Source: a virus
Strand: one strand, 5' to 3'
Virus genome (UHGV): UHGV-1351772
Length of the DNA stretch: 64,000 nt
The notes below the pieces were generated by a model. The model did no database searches, was not told where the DNA came from, and saw only the letters and a program-made list of their open reading frames with translations. Made by a program: the position numbers and the translations under genes. This document shows, one piece after another, positions 8,326-18,220 of this stretch (positions are counted from its first letter, which is position 1; every line of letters begins with the position of its first letter).

Positions 8326-9645
8326 TTACGTAGCGGTTGTAAATTTTTCATTAGTCAACCACAACGTCAATTGACTAATGGTATTAAATTGTGGGGACGC
8401 CATCGAACCACCGTCAACGGCAGCTTGGAAAACTTCACCAACCAACGTCCCATAACGAGTGTATACACCGTAATTATTCGCATACAGATATTTTACTGCC
8501 ATACCCGGCTGCAATAAACCGTACGCTGAACGGTTCCAGGTCGTTGCGGTCAGTGTCCCTCTGGCGGCAGCCAACTTAGAACGACGAGGCTTATCTGTGT
8601 CGCTGAAGTGCTCATTTGGATCAATAGGCGCATTAACAACACCACCGGGGTACTGTGTAGGGTCTGCTGCCGAAACAAACGAATCTGACGTCGTTGCTGA
8701 AACGTCGCCTGGAGAGAAAGAACTTGCACGACCATCTAAGGCACGGATTGAACCCACGCGGTAACCCGTTCCCTGGTTTAACGCAAGAGCGTCTTTGTCT
8801 TCGAAGGTGTGAACATCACCACCACAAATCAGATAAATGACGTCACCTGCAATGTGACACGTTTTATCTAAATAGGCAACTTTCTCTCTTGGAAGGTTAA
8901 TTACCACCAGTTTCTTTTTTGCCGTAGAGAATTTCTTAGAATCCCACGGTTGAAAGATATGCCAACGGTGTTTATACAAAAAGACACCTAATCCTTGGCT
9001 ATACACACCGTAGCGGTTTTGAATGAAATCGAAAACCGAAAGAAAACTTTGCGAATCGGGAATCAAAATGTCGCGATAAGGCTGTTGTTCTTCTTCCTCG
9101 TATTCCACACCAACCAACTGACCTTCTGGTGCATCCCCAGTAGGTAACGTATCAGCAAGTAATGCACGAACGACACTTAATCCGTCGGTTTCGTGATAAA
9201 TCCCTCCTACCTGACGGCAACGAAGGAACCACATCGATTCGTCCATCAACTCCAACGTCACCACACCCAACCCTTTTTGGTCAGATTCACCCAAGAACAT
9301 CGTGGGCGATTCCATATCAGGATCGTGATTGTTAACTACGATTCCTCGGTAGTTCAGTTGCGCAATGGTTTTCTTGTTCATTGTCCGCATCAGGATTTTA
9401 ACTGATAAATCCCCTTCTGCCGACGACGTAAGAATACGTTGCTGGCTCAGTGGAATCACCACACTGAGGTGCGTGATGGTCGTTAAATCCTGAGCGAAAT
9501 TACTGGCATGGATTATCGACATGGTTTTGTAAACGTCAATCGTCACCCCACGAACCGTGATAAGGGGTACGTAGTCGATGGCCGGTAATCCCGCCGCTTG
9601 TGCAATGTGCACGTTTGCTATGTTCTGTAACCGACCAAACGACAT
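8326..9645 (-). CDS. hypothetical protein
   Basis: 439-aa ORF. Confidence 0.55.
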   Translation of the reverse strand: MSFGRLQNIANVHIAQAAGLPAIDYVPLITVRGVTIDVYKTMSIIHASNFAQDLTTITHLSVVIPLSQQRILTSSAEGDLSVKILMRTMNKKTIAQLNYRGIVVNNHDPDMESPTMFLGESDQKGLGVVTLELMDESMWFLRCRQVGGIYHETDGLSVVRALLADTLPTGDAPEGQLVGVEYEEEEQQPYRDILIPDSQSFLSVFDFIQNRYGVYSQGLGVFLYKHRWHIFQPWDSKKFSTAKKKLVVINLPREKVAYLDKTCHIAGDVIYLICGGDVHTFEDKDALALNQGTGYRVGSIRALDGRASSFSPGDVSATTSDSFVSAADPTQYPGGVVNAPIDPNEHFSDTDKPRRSKLAAARGTLTATTWNRSAYGLLQPGMAVKYLYANNYGVYTRYGTLVGEVFQAAVDGGSMASPQFNTISQLTLWLTNEKFTTAT

Positions 9646-10286
9646 TACAGAATTCCTCCACGTCTACGGTATATCTGTTCAATACGGTGCATAATCGTAT
9701 CGTTGAACTGATGCCGCTCTGTTTCCAATCGGACTTCGCCAAATAACGCTTGTACGGAAACCGCCATTGTTACTTCAGGTTTCTTAAAGTAACCGTAACG
9801 GTTCGCTACCGGGAACAGTTTACGCGCTAACGCATTAAACTGACGCAAGCCCTCCATAGGGACTTTACGTGTTGTCAGGTGTGGGGTCTGCATGTAATTT
9901 AGCCAATCGGCTAAGTGTTCCATGATATACCCGTACACGATAATCCCGTCATGTGGGTCGTGGACGTCTAACGCCGCGCCAGATTCTGCATAAACCGCAA
10001 CTTCGAAAGGTCGCATGTATACGGTCTTTTTATTGAGCAGTATCGCGCGTGCTTTTTTCTCGTCTTCCGGTAAGAACAACCCATGTTCCTGAGACATGTA
10101 CGTTGAAATCGTCGTCCATTCAGGGACACGCCACCCCACCCACTTGTGAAACAGCATAAATGCTGCGCTACGTTTTTCAGCCACGTTAATCCCTCGCATA
10201 CCGTAACAACAAATACACCATCGGAATATAGTAGAACTGCGCATCCTTCGGCAAACGGTAAACTTCTTCAAACAACCGTAATGCAA
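9645..10286 (-). CDS. hypothetical protein (true start possibly internal Met near 10199)
   Basis: 213-aa ORF; longest-ORF start overlaps upstream gene by about 100 nt. Confidence 0.45.
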   Translation of the reverse strand: MHYGCLKKFTVCRRMRSSTIFRWCICCYGMRGINVAEKRSAAFMLFHKWVGWRVPEWTTISTYMSQEHGLFLPEDEKKARAILLNKKTVYMRPFEVAVYAESGAALDVHDPHDGIIVYGYIMEHLADWLNYMQTPHLTTRKVPMEGLRQFNALARKLFPVANRYGYFKKPEVTMAVSVQALFGEVRLETERHQFNDTIMHRIEQIYRRRGGIL

Positions 10287-11556
10287 TTACCGTTGACAGT
10301 GGGCGTTTATTCAGATAGAGATATAAACCGTATTCTAATAACGAACTGTACGAACCCTCGTAGAACGTTGGGCTTAACAAATACGGTTCGTAAGTCAGTG
10401 GTAGAAATGCAGGGATTGATTCACCTTCATTACCCCGATAATTCTCCACTTCAACCGGTTCAAACTCCGTCCACTTCGGCCACTGTCCAGGGAAACGTTG
10501 CGCCATCCCATAGCCCGGTTTTAATTCATCGGTAAAGAATCGGGTATCCGAAATTAATGACCAGGTCACAGAATTCCGATGCTGCATCGTACGGAAGGTT
10601 TTTACCTGCCAGACACTAGAATCACGTTTGTAATCCGCTAAGAACGTTGGCGATTGATTTAACAACGCAGTCCAGACCGTTTCAATATCTTCCACACGCA
10701 TTGGTGGATGCGGATAAATTTGAATATCTTTACCAACGGTGCGTAAGCCTACAGAGCGTACGAACTGTGCCAAGAACACATCGTAGTACGCACGACTACG
10801 CAACCCATCGCTGTGTCGATCGTGCGGGAAAAGCAACGTTGCCGTTTCCCCATCGTAAAACCGTTTTACGTAAGTCTGTTCAATGTCTGCAATCGCATCA
10901 ACGACCTTCAAAAACGCACGATATTCTTTCGGTGTCAGTAACGTATCACCGCCCGTCCAGGCACGCTCAGAAACGTAATAATACTCACGGACCGTACACC
11001 GGCGAATGGTTTCTGCAACTTCTGGATCAACTTCAAACAACAGCGTATATTCAATGTTATACGTTGCAATTTTGTTATTGGACATCCGTATGACGTTCGT
11101 GACATTGAACAACGCGAACCGTCCGTCTCCAATCGGTGCAACGAAAAAACACCCTTCGTTGGGAATCACCGAGTTCGCCATTGTTGCGGCACCGGACATG
11201 GTAAACGTTTTGTTTGTTGTGTCCTGAGAACGATCTAACGGTGTGGTAACCCGCAATTCTAACCCGATGATTTTCTCTACTTGCTGGTCAGGCGTAAGTA
11301 CCTTCGAATCGAAGAATTTCTTCGCGTCGTTACGCCCTTTCAGGAAATTAAAGAAATCCACTGTCCAGGAAGACCCTTCCAGGTATTTCATCAGGTACTG
11401 TTTCGGTATACGCTCTAAATCCGTCACCGTTGTACGTGTCGGTTGTGTCACCACGTTCGTGGTTTCCTTCACACCGTCTTGTGGTTTATTCAACTCAGGG
11501 ATCGGGCGTTCCACCGGTTCGAAAGAAGACGGTTTATCACGCTTCGCTTTGAGCAT
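10186..11556 (-). CDS. hypothetical protein
   Basis: 456-aa ORF. Confidence 0.55.
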   Translation of the reverse strand: MLKAKRDKPSSFEPVERPIPELNKPQDGVKETTNVVTQPTRTTVTDLERIPKQYLMKYLEGSSWTVDFFNFLKGRNDAKKFFDSKVLTPDQQVEKIIGLELRVTTPLDRSQDTTNKTFTMSGAATMANSVIPNEGCFFVAPIGDGRFALFNVTNVIRMSNNKIATYNIEYTLLFEVDPEVAETIRRCTVREYYYVSERAWTGGDTLLTPKEYRAFLKVVDAIADIEQTYVKRFYDGETATLLFPHDRHSDGLRSRAYYDVFLAQFVRSVGLRTVGKDIQIYPHPPMRVEDIETVWTALLNQSPTFLADYKRDSSVWQVKTFRTMQHRNSVTWSLISDTRFFTDELKPGYGMAQRFPGQWPKWTEFEPVEVENYRGNEGESIPAFLPLTYEPYLLSPTFYEGSYSSLLEYGLYLYLNKRPLSTVIALRLFEEVYRLPKDAQFYYIPMVYLLLRYARD

Positions 11557-13045
11557 TCTCTGTTCCTCGCATGGTAATAATGGTCGAGTTCAGCACCGTC
11601 AATAACACACGGGCTTCTACGTTCGGAATCAGTTTATTAATGTCATCGATAACACTCGGCGGTAACACCGGCTTATCCCACCACCAATCAGGAACGTCCC
11701 ATTTCGGGAATAACCACTCAATTAATACTTTCGCTGCCTTCGGATATAACTGTAATGGCCAGAGGTTCATTCCACGCCAGTCAAACATGACCGATTCGGT
11801 TAAGTAATAACCCTTATTTACTTTCAGGTCACGACCTTTAAGCGAAAACGTATTTCCTTCCCAATGGTAGAAACGCGGTTCGATAATCTGTCCCTCTTCG
11901 AACAGCTCGATACGGAAAACACCCGTCTGTCCTGTCGGGTCGATCGCACGACAATGTTCGATATACGGTAGCAACGCTTCGTTCCACTCGTAAGGTAAAT
12001 CTTCCGTAGACATCACCTTCGGCGATAACATGTTGTCCGGTTCAAAAACAACATCTGTACCGAAAATCGGTAGGAGTTTATCTTTCAACGGGGAATGTGT
12101 ACGGTGGAACTGTTCTGTCGGTGACAGTAAATACGGTAAACGAATATACTGACGGGTTTCGTTAATCCACCAGGTTGAATCGAGATTCTTCTGTTGTGGA
12201 TGACGATACACCAGTTCTTCGTTAGACACCCACGGTGGGTCTATCTCTGGCCAATATTCATCAGGCAGCGGTGTCTGATTGATGATATACGGATACGAAA
12301 CCACAATCTCTTCAGGGCGCTGATAAGAGAAACGGATAACGAACGTTGCTTCCCAGTGGTTTTCATCTTTATCCCAAGCCGGTGTTTGAACATCGTATAC
12401 CGTTTCTAAACGCGTAGGTGCGTAACGTACCGCAATGGTTTCCTGACCGCCAGCAACATTAGCTGCGCGAAATACATCGGGCGTAAAATACGCTTTCAAA
12501 TAGGCTTTAAAATCGTCAAACGTTGATACTCGCGTTCCCGCAGCAACGTAGCAGGCATTCAACAATTTTAAAGCAGGTTTAGGGATATAATAGAACGCTT
12601 CTGACTCCGTCATAGTCGAATAACGACCCATGTCCACTAACGAGTCTAAACGGTTCGTCCAGCGCAATAACTCGTCACGTGAGGCACTGGTACGTCGTAA
12701 CGTTACTGTTACGTTATACATCGTTCTAACGGGCCAGGCGCGTACCTGATCGACGGAGTTTTCAAAGAAGTACGGTTCAGCCTGCTGACCAACCTGACGA
12801 TTGATTCTGGCCCACTCATCGCGTTCTTCTTCTACTTCAACGTAAACCTTTTCAGGTGAACTGTACTCTACTTCAGTACCGTCACCTAAAGTAGAATCCG
12901 GTTGATGGGCGCTATTGAATTCATCGAGGAAAACAACCGCTGCTGTATCAATACCAGACTCATTAAGTACACGTTGTATAACACCATCGATTATTGGTTT
13001 GCGAATGGTCGCGTCTAACGACGGAATTTCAAAATACTGTTGCAT
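11537..13045 (-). CDS. hypothetical protein
   Basis: 502-aa ORF. Confidence 0.55.
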   Translation of the reverse strand: MQQYFEIPSLDATIRKPIIDGVIQRVLNESGIDTAAVVFLDEFNSAHQPDSTLGDGTEVEYSSPEKVYVEVEEERDEWARINRQVGQQAEPYFFENSVDQVRAWPVRTMYNVTVTLRRTSASRDELLRWTNRLDSLVDMGRYSTMTESEAFYYIPKPALKLLNACYVAAGTRVSTFDDFKAYLKAYFTPDVFRAANVAGGQETIAVRYAPTRLETVYDVQTPAWDKDENHWEATFVIRFSYQRPEEIVVSYPYIINQTPLPDEYWPEIDPPWVSNEELVYRHPQQKNLDSTWWINETRQYIRLPYLLSPTEQFHRTHSPLKDKLLPIFGTDVVFEPDNMLSPKVMSTEDLPYEWNEALLPYIEHCRAIDPTGQTGVFRIELFEEGQIIEPRFYHWEGNTFSLKGRDLKVNKGYYLTESVMFDWRGMNLWPLQLYPKAAKVLIEWLFPKWDVPDWWWDKPVLPPSVIDDINKLIPNVEARVLLTVLNSTIITMRGTENAQSEA

Positions 13046-13133
13046 TGGCTTGTTCCTTCGTTATAGTCATATCACAGGCGCGAAATGAAAAAAAATAAAA
13101 GGGAACCGAAGTCCCCTTTTACGTTTATCCTAC

Positions 13134-13466
13134 CTATAACAGATAAGGTATACCTTCAAAGATAATCTCGTCGTTAGCGAAGCCAACAGACGCTTCCTCA
13201 CCCCCAGAGGTGGTTGCCCAAATCTCTGCCGCAAAACGCTGATTGTTAATCAACAGCCCACGGTTGTTTTCGAACAACACTATCAAGACCAACCTGACGC
13301 TTTTATCTTGATGTAAACGGCGTATAAAGGCGTGCTTTACAGAGGAAGGATACCAGGTGAAGCGTGCTATTTTCCCTTTCGCAACTCTACCTAAAAAGAG
13401 CTTTTCTAAGGTTACAAACTCAGTGCCCATCTCTTTTCCAAATCTGATAATGCCAACGTGGGACAT
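13134..13466 (-). CDS. hypothetical small protein (start uncertain)
   Basis: 110-aa ORF overlapping 3-prime end of DHFR gene; internal Met at about 13430 would remove most of the overlap. Confidence 0.3.
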   Translation of the reverse strand: MSHVGIIRFGKEMGTEFVTLEKLFLGRVAKGKIARFTWYPSSVKHAFIRRLHQDKSVRLVLIVLFENNRGLLINNQRFAAEIWATTSGGEEASVGFANDEIIFEGIPYLL

Positions 13467-13956
13467 CGCTATCCGGTTTGGAAGCGTGCGTTAAGTTATA
13501 AACCAGTCTAAACTTGTTACGATCGATTTCAGGAAAGAACGCATCTGCACCATCGACTTTAACTTCTACGCGTGACAAGTAAATCTTATCCACATAAGGT
13601 AACGCCTGATGGTAAATTTCTGCGCCGCCGATAATAAAGATTTCCTTAGGATAACCCTTTTTCTCAACCTCGGTTTTGAGGAATTCAATAATCGAACCCA
13701 TTTCACCCTTAAGGTTAAGCACCCCATCGATATCGGGCACACCACCAGGTCTTCTCGTTAACACGACATGGTGGCGATTTGGTAGGGGTTTATACCCTAA
13801 CGATTCCCATGTCTTGCTTCCCATCACAATAACTTTACCTGACGTAAGAGCCTTAAAATTCTTTAAGTCATCGGGAATACGCCACGGCAGTTTATTGTCT
13901 TTCCCAATTTCGTTATTCAACCCAGCAGCAGCTATCATCGAAACTGTAATTGTCAT
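13420..13956 (-). CDS. folA: dihydrofolate reductase
   Basis: Classic DHFR sequence: MTITVSMIAAAGLNNEIGKDNKLPWRIPDDLKNF...VIVMGSKTWESLG...PLPNRHHVVLTR...IFIIGGAEIYHQALPYVDKIYLSRVEV; start moved from ORF-track 14145 to ATG at 13954..13956, which has a GGAG RBS. Confidence 0.85.
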   Translation of the reverse strand: MTITVSMIAAAGLNNEIGKDNKLPWRIPDDLKNFKALTSGKVIVMGSKTWESLGYKPLPNRHHVVLTRRPGGVPDIDGVLNLKGEMGSIIEFLKTEVEKKGYPKEIFIIGGAEIYHQALPYVDKIYLSRVEVKVDGADAFFPEIDRNKFRLVYNLTHASKPDSDVPRWHYQIWKRDGH

Positions 13957-14258
13957 TTCTTTATCTCCAGTGAGCCTCTTAAATGGCGTATAAAATCTTT
14001 TCGGGTATACCGACTCGTTTTGTACTGATCGGCTAAATGGTAAACGGTAACGTACCGCCCTTTGGCTTCCATATGCAAATGCGTTATATTGCCATCGTTC
14101 GTAGGGAGTGGTCTGATCAGAGGAATCATCAAATCCCCATTCCAACCAGGTTCATTAAGTCTCGGTATCAGTAATCGAATGTCTAGCCGTTTTACGCAGT
14201 ACACCACATTACTTTCCGGCAACTTAACAACACATATCGCATCGGCTTTGAGTTTCAT
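13953..14258 (-). CDS. hypothetical protein
   Basis: 101-aa ORF; stop overlaps DHFR start (coupled ATGA-type junction). Confidence 0.5.
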   Translation of the reverse strand: MKLKADAICVVKLPESNVVYCVKRLDIRLLIPRLNEPGWNGDLMIPLIRPLPTNDGNITHLHMEAKGRYVTVYHLADQYKTSRYTRKDFIRHLRGSLEIKK

Positions 14259-14260
14259 TT

Positions 14261-14812
14261 TTAACCTTCCTGGTATTGTCTAATTCCGTAATCAGGTAGA
14301 ATGTTTTCTACTGTGGTTTTCGGTACAACTGAAAGCTGGTTGTATAAATTCAACAAATCCTCGCGCAGTAACTTCTGCTCGATATCAAGTTTATAACAAG
14401 CCAGTTCTTTTTCTAGCGGTTTAAGTAATACAACGCGTGTTTGAAAACCGTCAATAGGCTCAGGAACACGATAACCGCGACGACGATAGAACGTTTCCAG
14501 CTTCGAATAATCACGAATGTATGTTTTCGTCAGTGTAGAATAACCTGCGTCTAACATAAACTTGTAGAACGGACGTAAAGCGATGAAACGATTATATTCC
14601 AGGTGCACCGGAATATAGAATTCGTAATTGCCGTAAGTGAGCGTGGAGAGTTGGGAACCATTACAATGCACACAGTTAATAAAAATAGCCAGTCCAATCA
14701 TTACCGGGCGTGGGACGATAAGAGTTTTATCGCCAAACTGAATGCGGAAAATTTCCTGCTGCAGGCTGGTTTCAGATACGACTTCAGCGTCTAAGATATT
14801 AAATTTGTTCAT
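14261..14812 (-). CDS. hypothetical protein
   Basis: 183-aa ORF upstream of DHFR operon. Confidence 0.5.
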   Translation of the reverse strand: MNKFNILDAEVVSETSLQQEIFRIQFGDKTLIVPRPVMIGLAIFINCVHCNGSQLSTLTYGNYEFYIPVHLEYNRFIALRPFYKFMLDAGYSTLTKTYIRDYSKLETFYRRRGYRVPEPIDGFQTRVVLLKPLEKELACYKLDIEQKLLREDLLNLYNQLSVVPKTTVENILPDYGIRQYQEG

Positions 14813-14870
14813 TTCTATTCTCCTAAAGGTAATAAACTGGTCGTTAAAAGATTACAATGTAATCTCACTA

Positions 14871-14886
14871 AGATAATATCTATCTG
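14871..14886. promoter_or_regulatory. palindromic promoter-like motif AGATAATATCTATCTG with AT-rich box
   Basis: Consensus copy in intergenic region between minus-strand genes. Confidence 0.45.
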
Positions 14887-14919
14887 TGATTATTTTTAAT
14901 AGAAAAAAAAAAGAAAAGG

Positions 14920-14952
14920 GAGAACCACCCCATTACAAGGTGGTTCTCTTAC
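14920..14952. terminator. rho-independent terminator
   Basis: gagaaccacc-ccattacaa-ggtggttctc hairpin flanked by A-run and T-run; just after stop of 14967..16229. Confidence 0.6.
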
Positions 14953-14966
14953 TAAACAATCAGGGA

Positions 14967-16229
14967 TTATTTAGATTTTTCGTAAGCAGCGATACCTGCG
15001 GAGATATAGCCGTTCAGACCGCTGGCCAGGTGTTTCTGGGTAGAAGCAATAATTTTCTCATTAAAAGAGAGACTACGTTGAACACTGGTAATGTGGCGAC
15101 GTAACTTACGCACATTGTCGGTCAGTTCTGGTTTTTCATCGATCTTGACTTTATCGATTTCTTTCAACAGATTACCGATTTTATCTTCAAAGGACTTACG
15201 TGCGCTTTCGACTTTACGATAAGCCTGAACGTTTTTCTCGATCTGTTTACCCACTTCGTTGAAGAAGGCATTGATCTTAGCCAGTTCGCCAACAGACGGA
15301 GTTTTCACGCTGGTTTCAACGCTTTTCTCAGCTTCGACAAAGGTATAACTAAAGCCACCTTCTTCATCGTACTCGACTTTCGCAGAGACGTTGCCGAGAT
15401 GATATTCGATAACTTCTTTTTTGGCGATCGCTTCGAAAACTTTCTTCAGTTCTCCATCAAAAGAAGCATCGCCTTTAAGGGCTTTATCAACCATGCCAGC
15501 AGCATCAGTGGCTAAAGAAGGGACTTCATTACTATAGAAATTAGAAACTCTGTGCAGATCGTCTTTCAGTGACGGGATATCGTTGCCAACGAACTTGCCA
15601 TCGATAGACAGAGACTTGATAAAGCCACCAGAGATTTCATCTTTCTTCTGTTTGCCCAGCTTACGAATAACTTCATCGTATTTCTTAGCACGCGCCTGGA
15701 TAGATTTACCCTGGTTGTGGAATTTCAGCCAGCGATCTTTGATCTTACGACCCTGTTCTTTCAGCCAATCCCAGATACGACCAATGAAGGCTTTAATGTC
15801 TTCCCACAGGGATTCACGAGCAACCTGACGACGGTTACGAGAACCGTAGGATTCGTGAGCAACAGAAGAACGGTGTTCGAAGTTCCAACGAGAACGGATA
15901 GATTCCTGAGCAACGTCCAGCGCAGTCGCAGCGTCGTCCGGCATATCTTCTTCGGCGTCCATCGGTTCTTCACCGTCTTCGCCAGCACCTTCACCGTCAG
16001 CAGCAGCCTGAGCTTCATCCAGAACATCCAGCTGAGCGTCAGTTTCGTCGCCGTCTTCTGCCAGCAGTTCAGCGTCAGCGTCCAGAGCTTCGATCGGTTT
16101 GGTGTCATGCTCGATATCGGCCAGAGTGCCTTCTACGGATTCTGCTGGCAGTTCGATGCCGTCTGGAACTACAGTAGAAGTAGACTCCATAGACTCACGA
16201 GCAATTTTGTTTTTGTAGAAATTCGCCAT
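14967..16229 (-). CDS. acidic protein, tandem paralog A (possible scaffold or internal virion protein)
   Basis: 420 aa; MANFYKNKIARESMEST N-terminus, acidic D/E-rich region, shared LRKLGKQKKDEISGGFI motif and ...NGYISAGIAAYEKSK C-terminus with 16312..17583; biased codon usage; GAGGA RBS. Confidence 0.6.
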   Translation of the reverse strand: MANFYKNKIARESMESTSTVVPDGIELPAESVEGTLADIEHDTKPIEALDADAELLAEDGDETDAQLDVLDEAQAAADGEGAGEDGEEPMDAEEDMPDDAATALDVAQESIRSRWNFEHRSSVAHESYGSRNRRQVARESLWEDIKAFIGRIWDWLKEQGRKIKDRWLKFHNQGKSIQARAKKYDEVIRKLGKQKKDEISGGFIKSLSIDGKFVGNDIPSLKDDLHRVSNFYSNEVPSLATDAAGMVDKALKGDASFDGELKKVFEAIAKKEVIEYHLGNVSAKVEYDEEGGFSYTFVEAEKSVETSVKTPSVGELAKINAFFNEVGKQIEKNVQAYRKVESARKSFEDKIGNLLKEIDKVKIDEKPELTDNVRKLRRHITSVQRSLSFNEKIIASTQKHLASGLNGYISAGIAAYEKSK

Positions 16230-16247
16230 TTTAAGCTTTTCCTCTAA

Positions 16248-16270
16248 GGGGAACGTATTGTTCCCCTGAT
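16248..16270. terminator. terminator hairpin between the tandem paralogs
   Basis: ggggaac-gtatt-gttcccc. Confidence 0.45.
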
Positions 16271-16311
16271 GATTTATTTCAAGAACTGTACGGAACTACG
16301 AATCTAAATGA

Positions 16312-17583
16312 TTATTTAGATTTTTCGTAAGCACCGATACCAGCACCCAGGTAGCCATTCAGACCGCTAATAACGGTGTTAGCAACATAGCTAACTGCGC
16401 GGTTCAGGGTCTGGTAGTTCTTAACAGACCAATCGGCAGCTTGACGTGCGTTACGCAGGCCATCCCACTTGCTATCGTCTTTTTCGTTGTTCAGCGCCTT
16501 AGCAGCATTCTCAGCAGCCTGTTGCAGCTTCACGATTTCAGAATCGTAAGCACGGAAATCTTTCAGTACGGCTTCGAAGCCTTTACCGATCGCTTCCAGA
16601 GCAGAAGCAGCGCCAGCCATTTCAGAAACAGACGGAGTTTTCACGTCTTTATCGTCAGAAGCGTCGCCGGTGCTCATGAATGCGATTGCAGTGAACTTGT
16701 GGCCGCCAGCCAGTTCTTTAGTACCAGCCTGAATGTAAGCGTTGCCCGGCAGTGCCAGCAGTTTAGACGCATCACCTTTTTCAAAGTTCGGCAGAGTGTG
16801 TAGTTTAGAAGCAGCTTTACCAAACAGTTCTACCGGCTGATCACCACGCATTGCCTTGAATGCGTCATCGTCACCTTTGGTAACGGCAGTCACAGCTTCA
16901 CCAGCTTGTTTTTCCAGAGCACCGATGGAACCTTTAGCTTTACCAGCGGTAACTTCTTTCGCAATAGCGATAGAGCCAGCAGCATCGAATTTACCTTCGA
17001 TAGACAGCTTGGTGATAAAGCCACCAGAGATTTCATCTTTCTTCTGTTTGCCCAGCTTACGCAGCATTTCCTGATATTTCTTCGCACGTTTCTGTGCGGT
17101 CTTACCGACGTTGAAATATTTCAGTTTCAGGTCTTTGATCTTCGCAATCACTTCTTTACAGAACTGAATGAAACGATCGTAAAGATCTTTCAGGGTTTCT
17201 TTCCAACCTTCCTGTGCAGCAGCAGTCATACCACGACCACGGCGATAGGATTCGCGAGCCAGTTTAGTACGTTCCAGGCACCAACGACGTGCGATGGATT
17301 CCTGTGCCACTTCGTGCAGGGCAACCGCTTCTTCCGGCATTTCTTCACCGTTAGCAACGGCTTCTTCCGCCTGTTCGATAGCGTCTTCAGTACGCTCGGT
17401 ATCGGCAGCCAGGGTTTCACCGTCGGTTTCCAGCTGATCGAGCTGACCGTCGATAGATGCTACGTCCGCAAGTTGGACGTCCAGGTTCTCTTCTGCCGGT
17501 TCAACGTTGCTGATACCGTCGATTACTTCATCGGCCGCTTCCATCGATTCACGAGCGGCGCGAGTTTTTGCGAAATTTGCCAT
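16312..17583 (-). CDS. acidic protein, tandem paralog B
   Basis: 423 aa; MANFAKTRAARESMEAAD..., same shared motifs and C-terminus ...NGYLGAGIGAYEKSK. Confidence 0.6.
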   Translation of the reverse strand: MANFAKTRAARESMEAADEVIDGISNVEPAEENLDVQLADVASIDGQLDQLETDGETLAADTERTEDAIEQAEEAVANGEEMPEEAVALHEVAQESIARRWCLERTKLARESYRRGRGMTAAAQEGWKETLKDLYDRFIQFCKEVIAKIKDLKLKYFNVGKTAQKRAKKYQEMLRKLGKQKKDEISGGFITKLSIEGKFDAAGSIAIAKEVTAGKAKGSIGALEKQAGEAVTAVTKGDDDAFKAMRGDQPVELFGKAASKLHTLPNFEKGDASKLLALPGNAYIQAGTKELAGGHKFTAIAFMSTGDASDDKDVKTPSVSEMAGAASALEAIGKGFEAVLKDFRAYDSEIVKLQQAAENAAKALNNEKDDSKWDGLRNARQAADWSVKNYQTLNRAVSYVANTVISGLNGYLGAGIGAYEKSK

Positions 17584-17642
17584 TTCGTTTATTTCCTTTG
17601 GTTATATAACCCAATTACACGCCCCTAGAATGAGGGGCCCCC

Positions 17643-18203
17643 TTAGGGACGTGCGATTTTCAAAAACACTGCTAACGACGAGATCATGTCGGACAACCCG
17701 TTCGGGCGCGTCATCCAGCGTGCCAGCAGTTCATGGTCTGCATAAGATAAAAGACGTTTGCTACACTCAACGGATTGGTGAGCAGAGCCCATATTACGTA
17801 CAGTACCTCGGCGACCAAACGCAGCAGCTAATAGACGCGAGCCTAATGCACCCGTCTGTTCAACATTCTTCGTGTTACGAACATCGTTCATATACGACGA
17901 CAGCAAAGTCGACCACTGCCCTAACGTCACATTACGTCGCTTACCATCCAGCAAGAAATCTACACTTTCGTTATAAAACGTATTAAAGGTAAATCCGACC
18001 TGCGGATATTCGTCATATAATACTTGCTGCAAAGAATCAGCAGCCATCAGACGAAAGTACGGTAAAATAACGGCGGCGGCTTCCAGTGTTTTGTGAATAA
18101 CCTCGTCATCGTGTGTGTCGATTGGGTTTTTCGATAAAATCGACATGTAGGATTTAATGCGCTCTACAGCAACATTAAATTCAGGACTATCGTGCTCAAA
18201 CAT
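17643..18203 (-). CDS. hypothetical protein
   Basis: 186-aa ORF. Confidence 0.5.
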   Translation of the reverse strand: MFEHDSPEFNVAVERIKSYMSILSKNPIDTHDDEVIHKTLEAAAVILPYFRLMAADSLQQVLYDEYPQVGFTFNTFYNESVDFLLDGKRRNVTLGQWSTLLSSYMNDVRNTKNVEQTGALGSRLLAAAFGRRGTVRNMGSAHQSVECSKRLLSYADHELLARWMTRPNGLSDMISSLAVFLKIARP

Positions 18204-18220
18204 TCGCCTCTCCTAACGGT

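Noticed and set aside
15717-17628. Plus-strand ORFs 15717..16247 and 16906..17628 inside the acidic paralogs
   Set aside because: Antisense to codon-biased minus-strand genes; low-complexity translations typical of shadow frames
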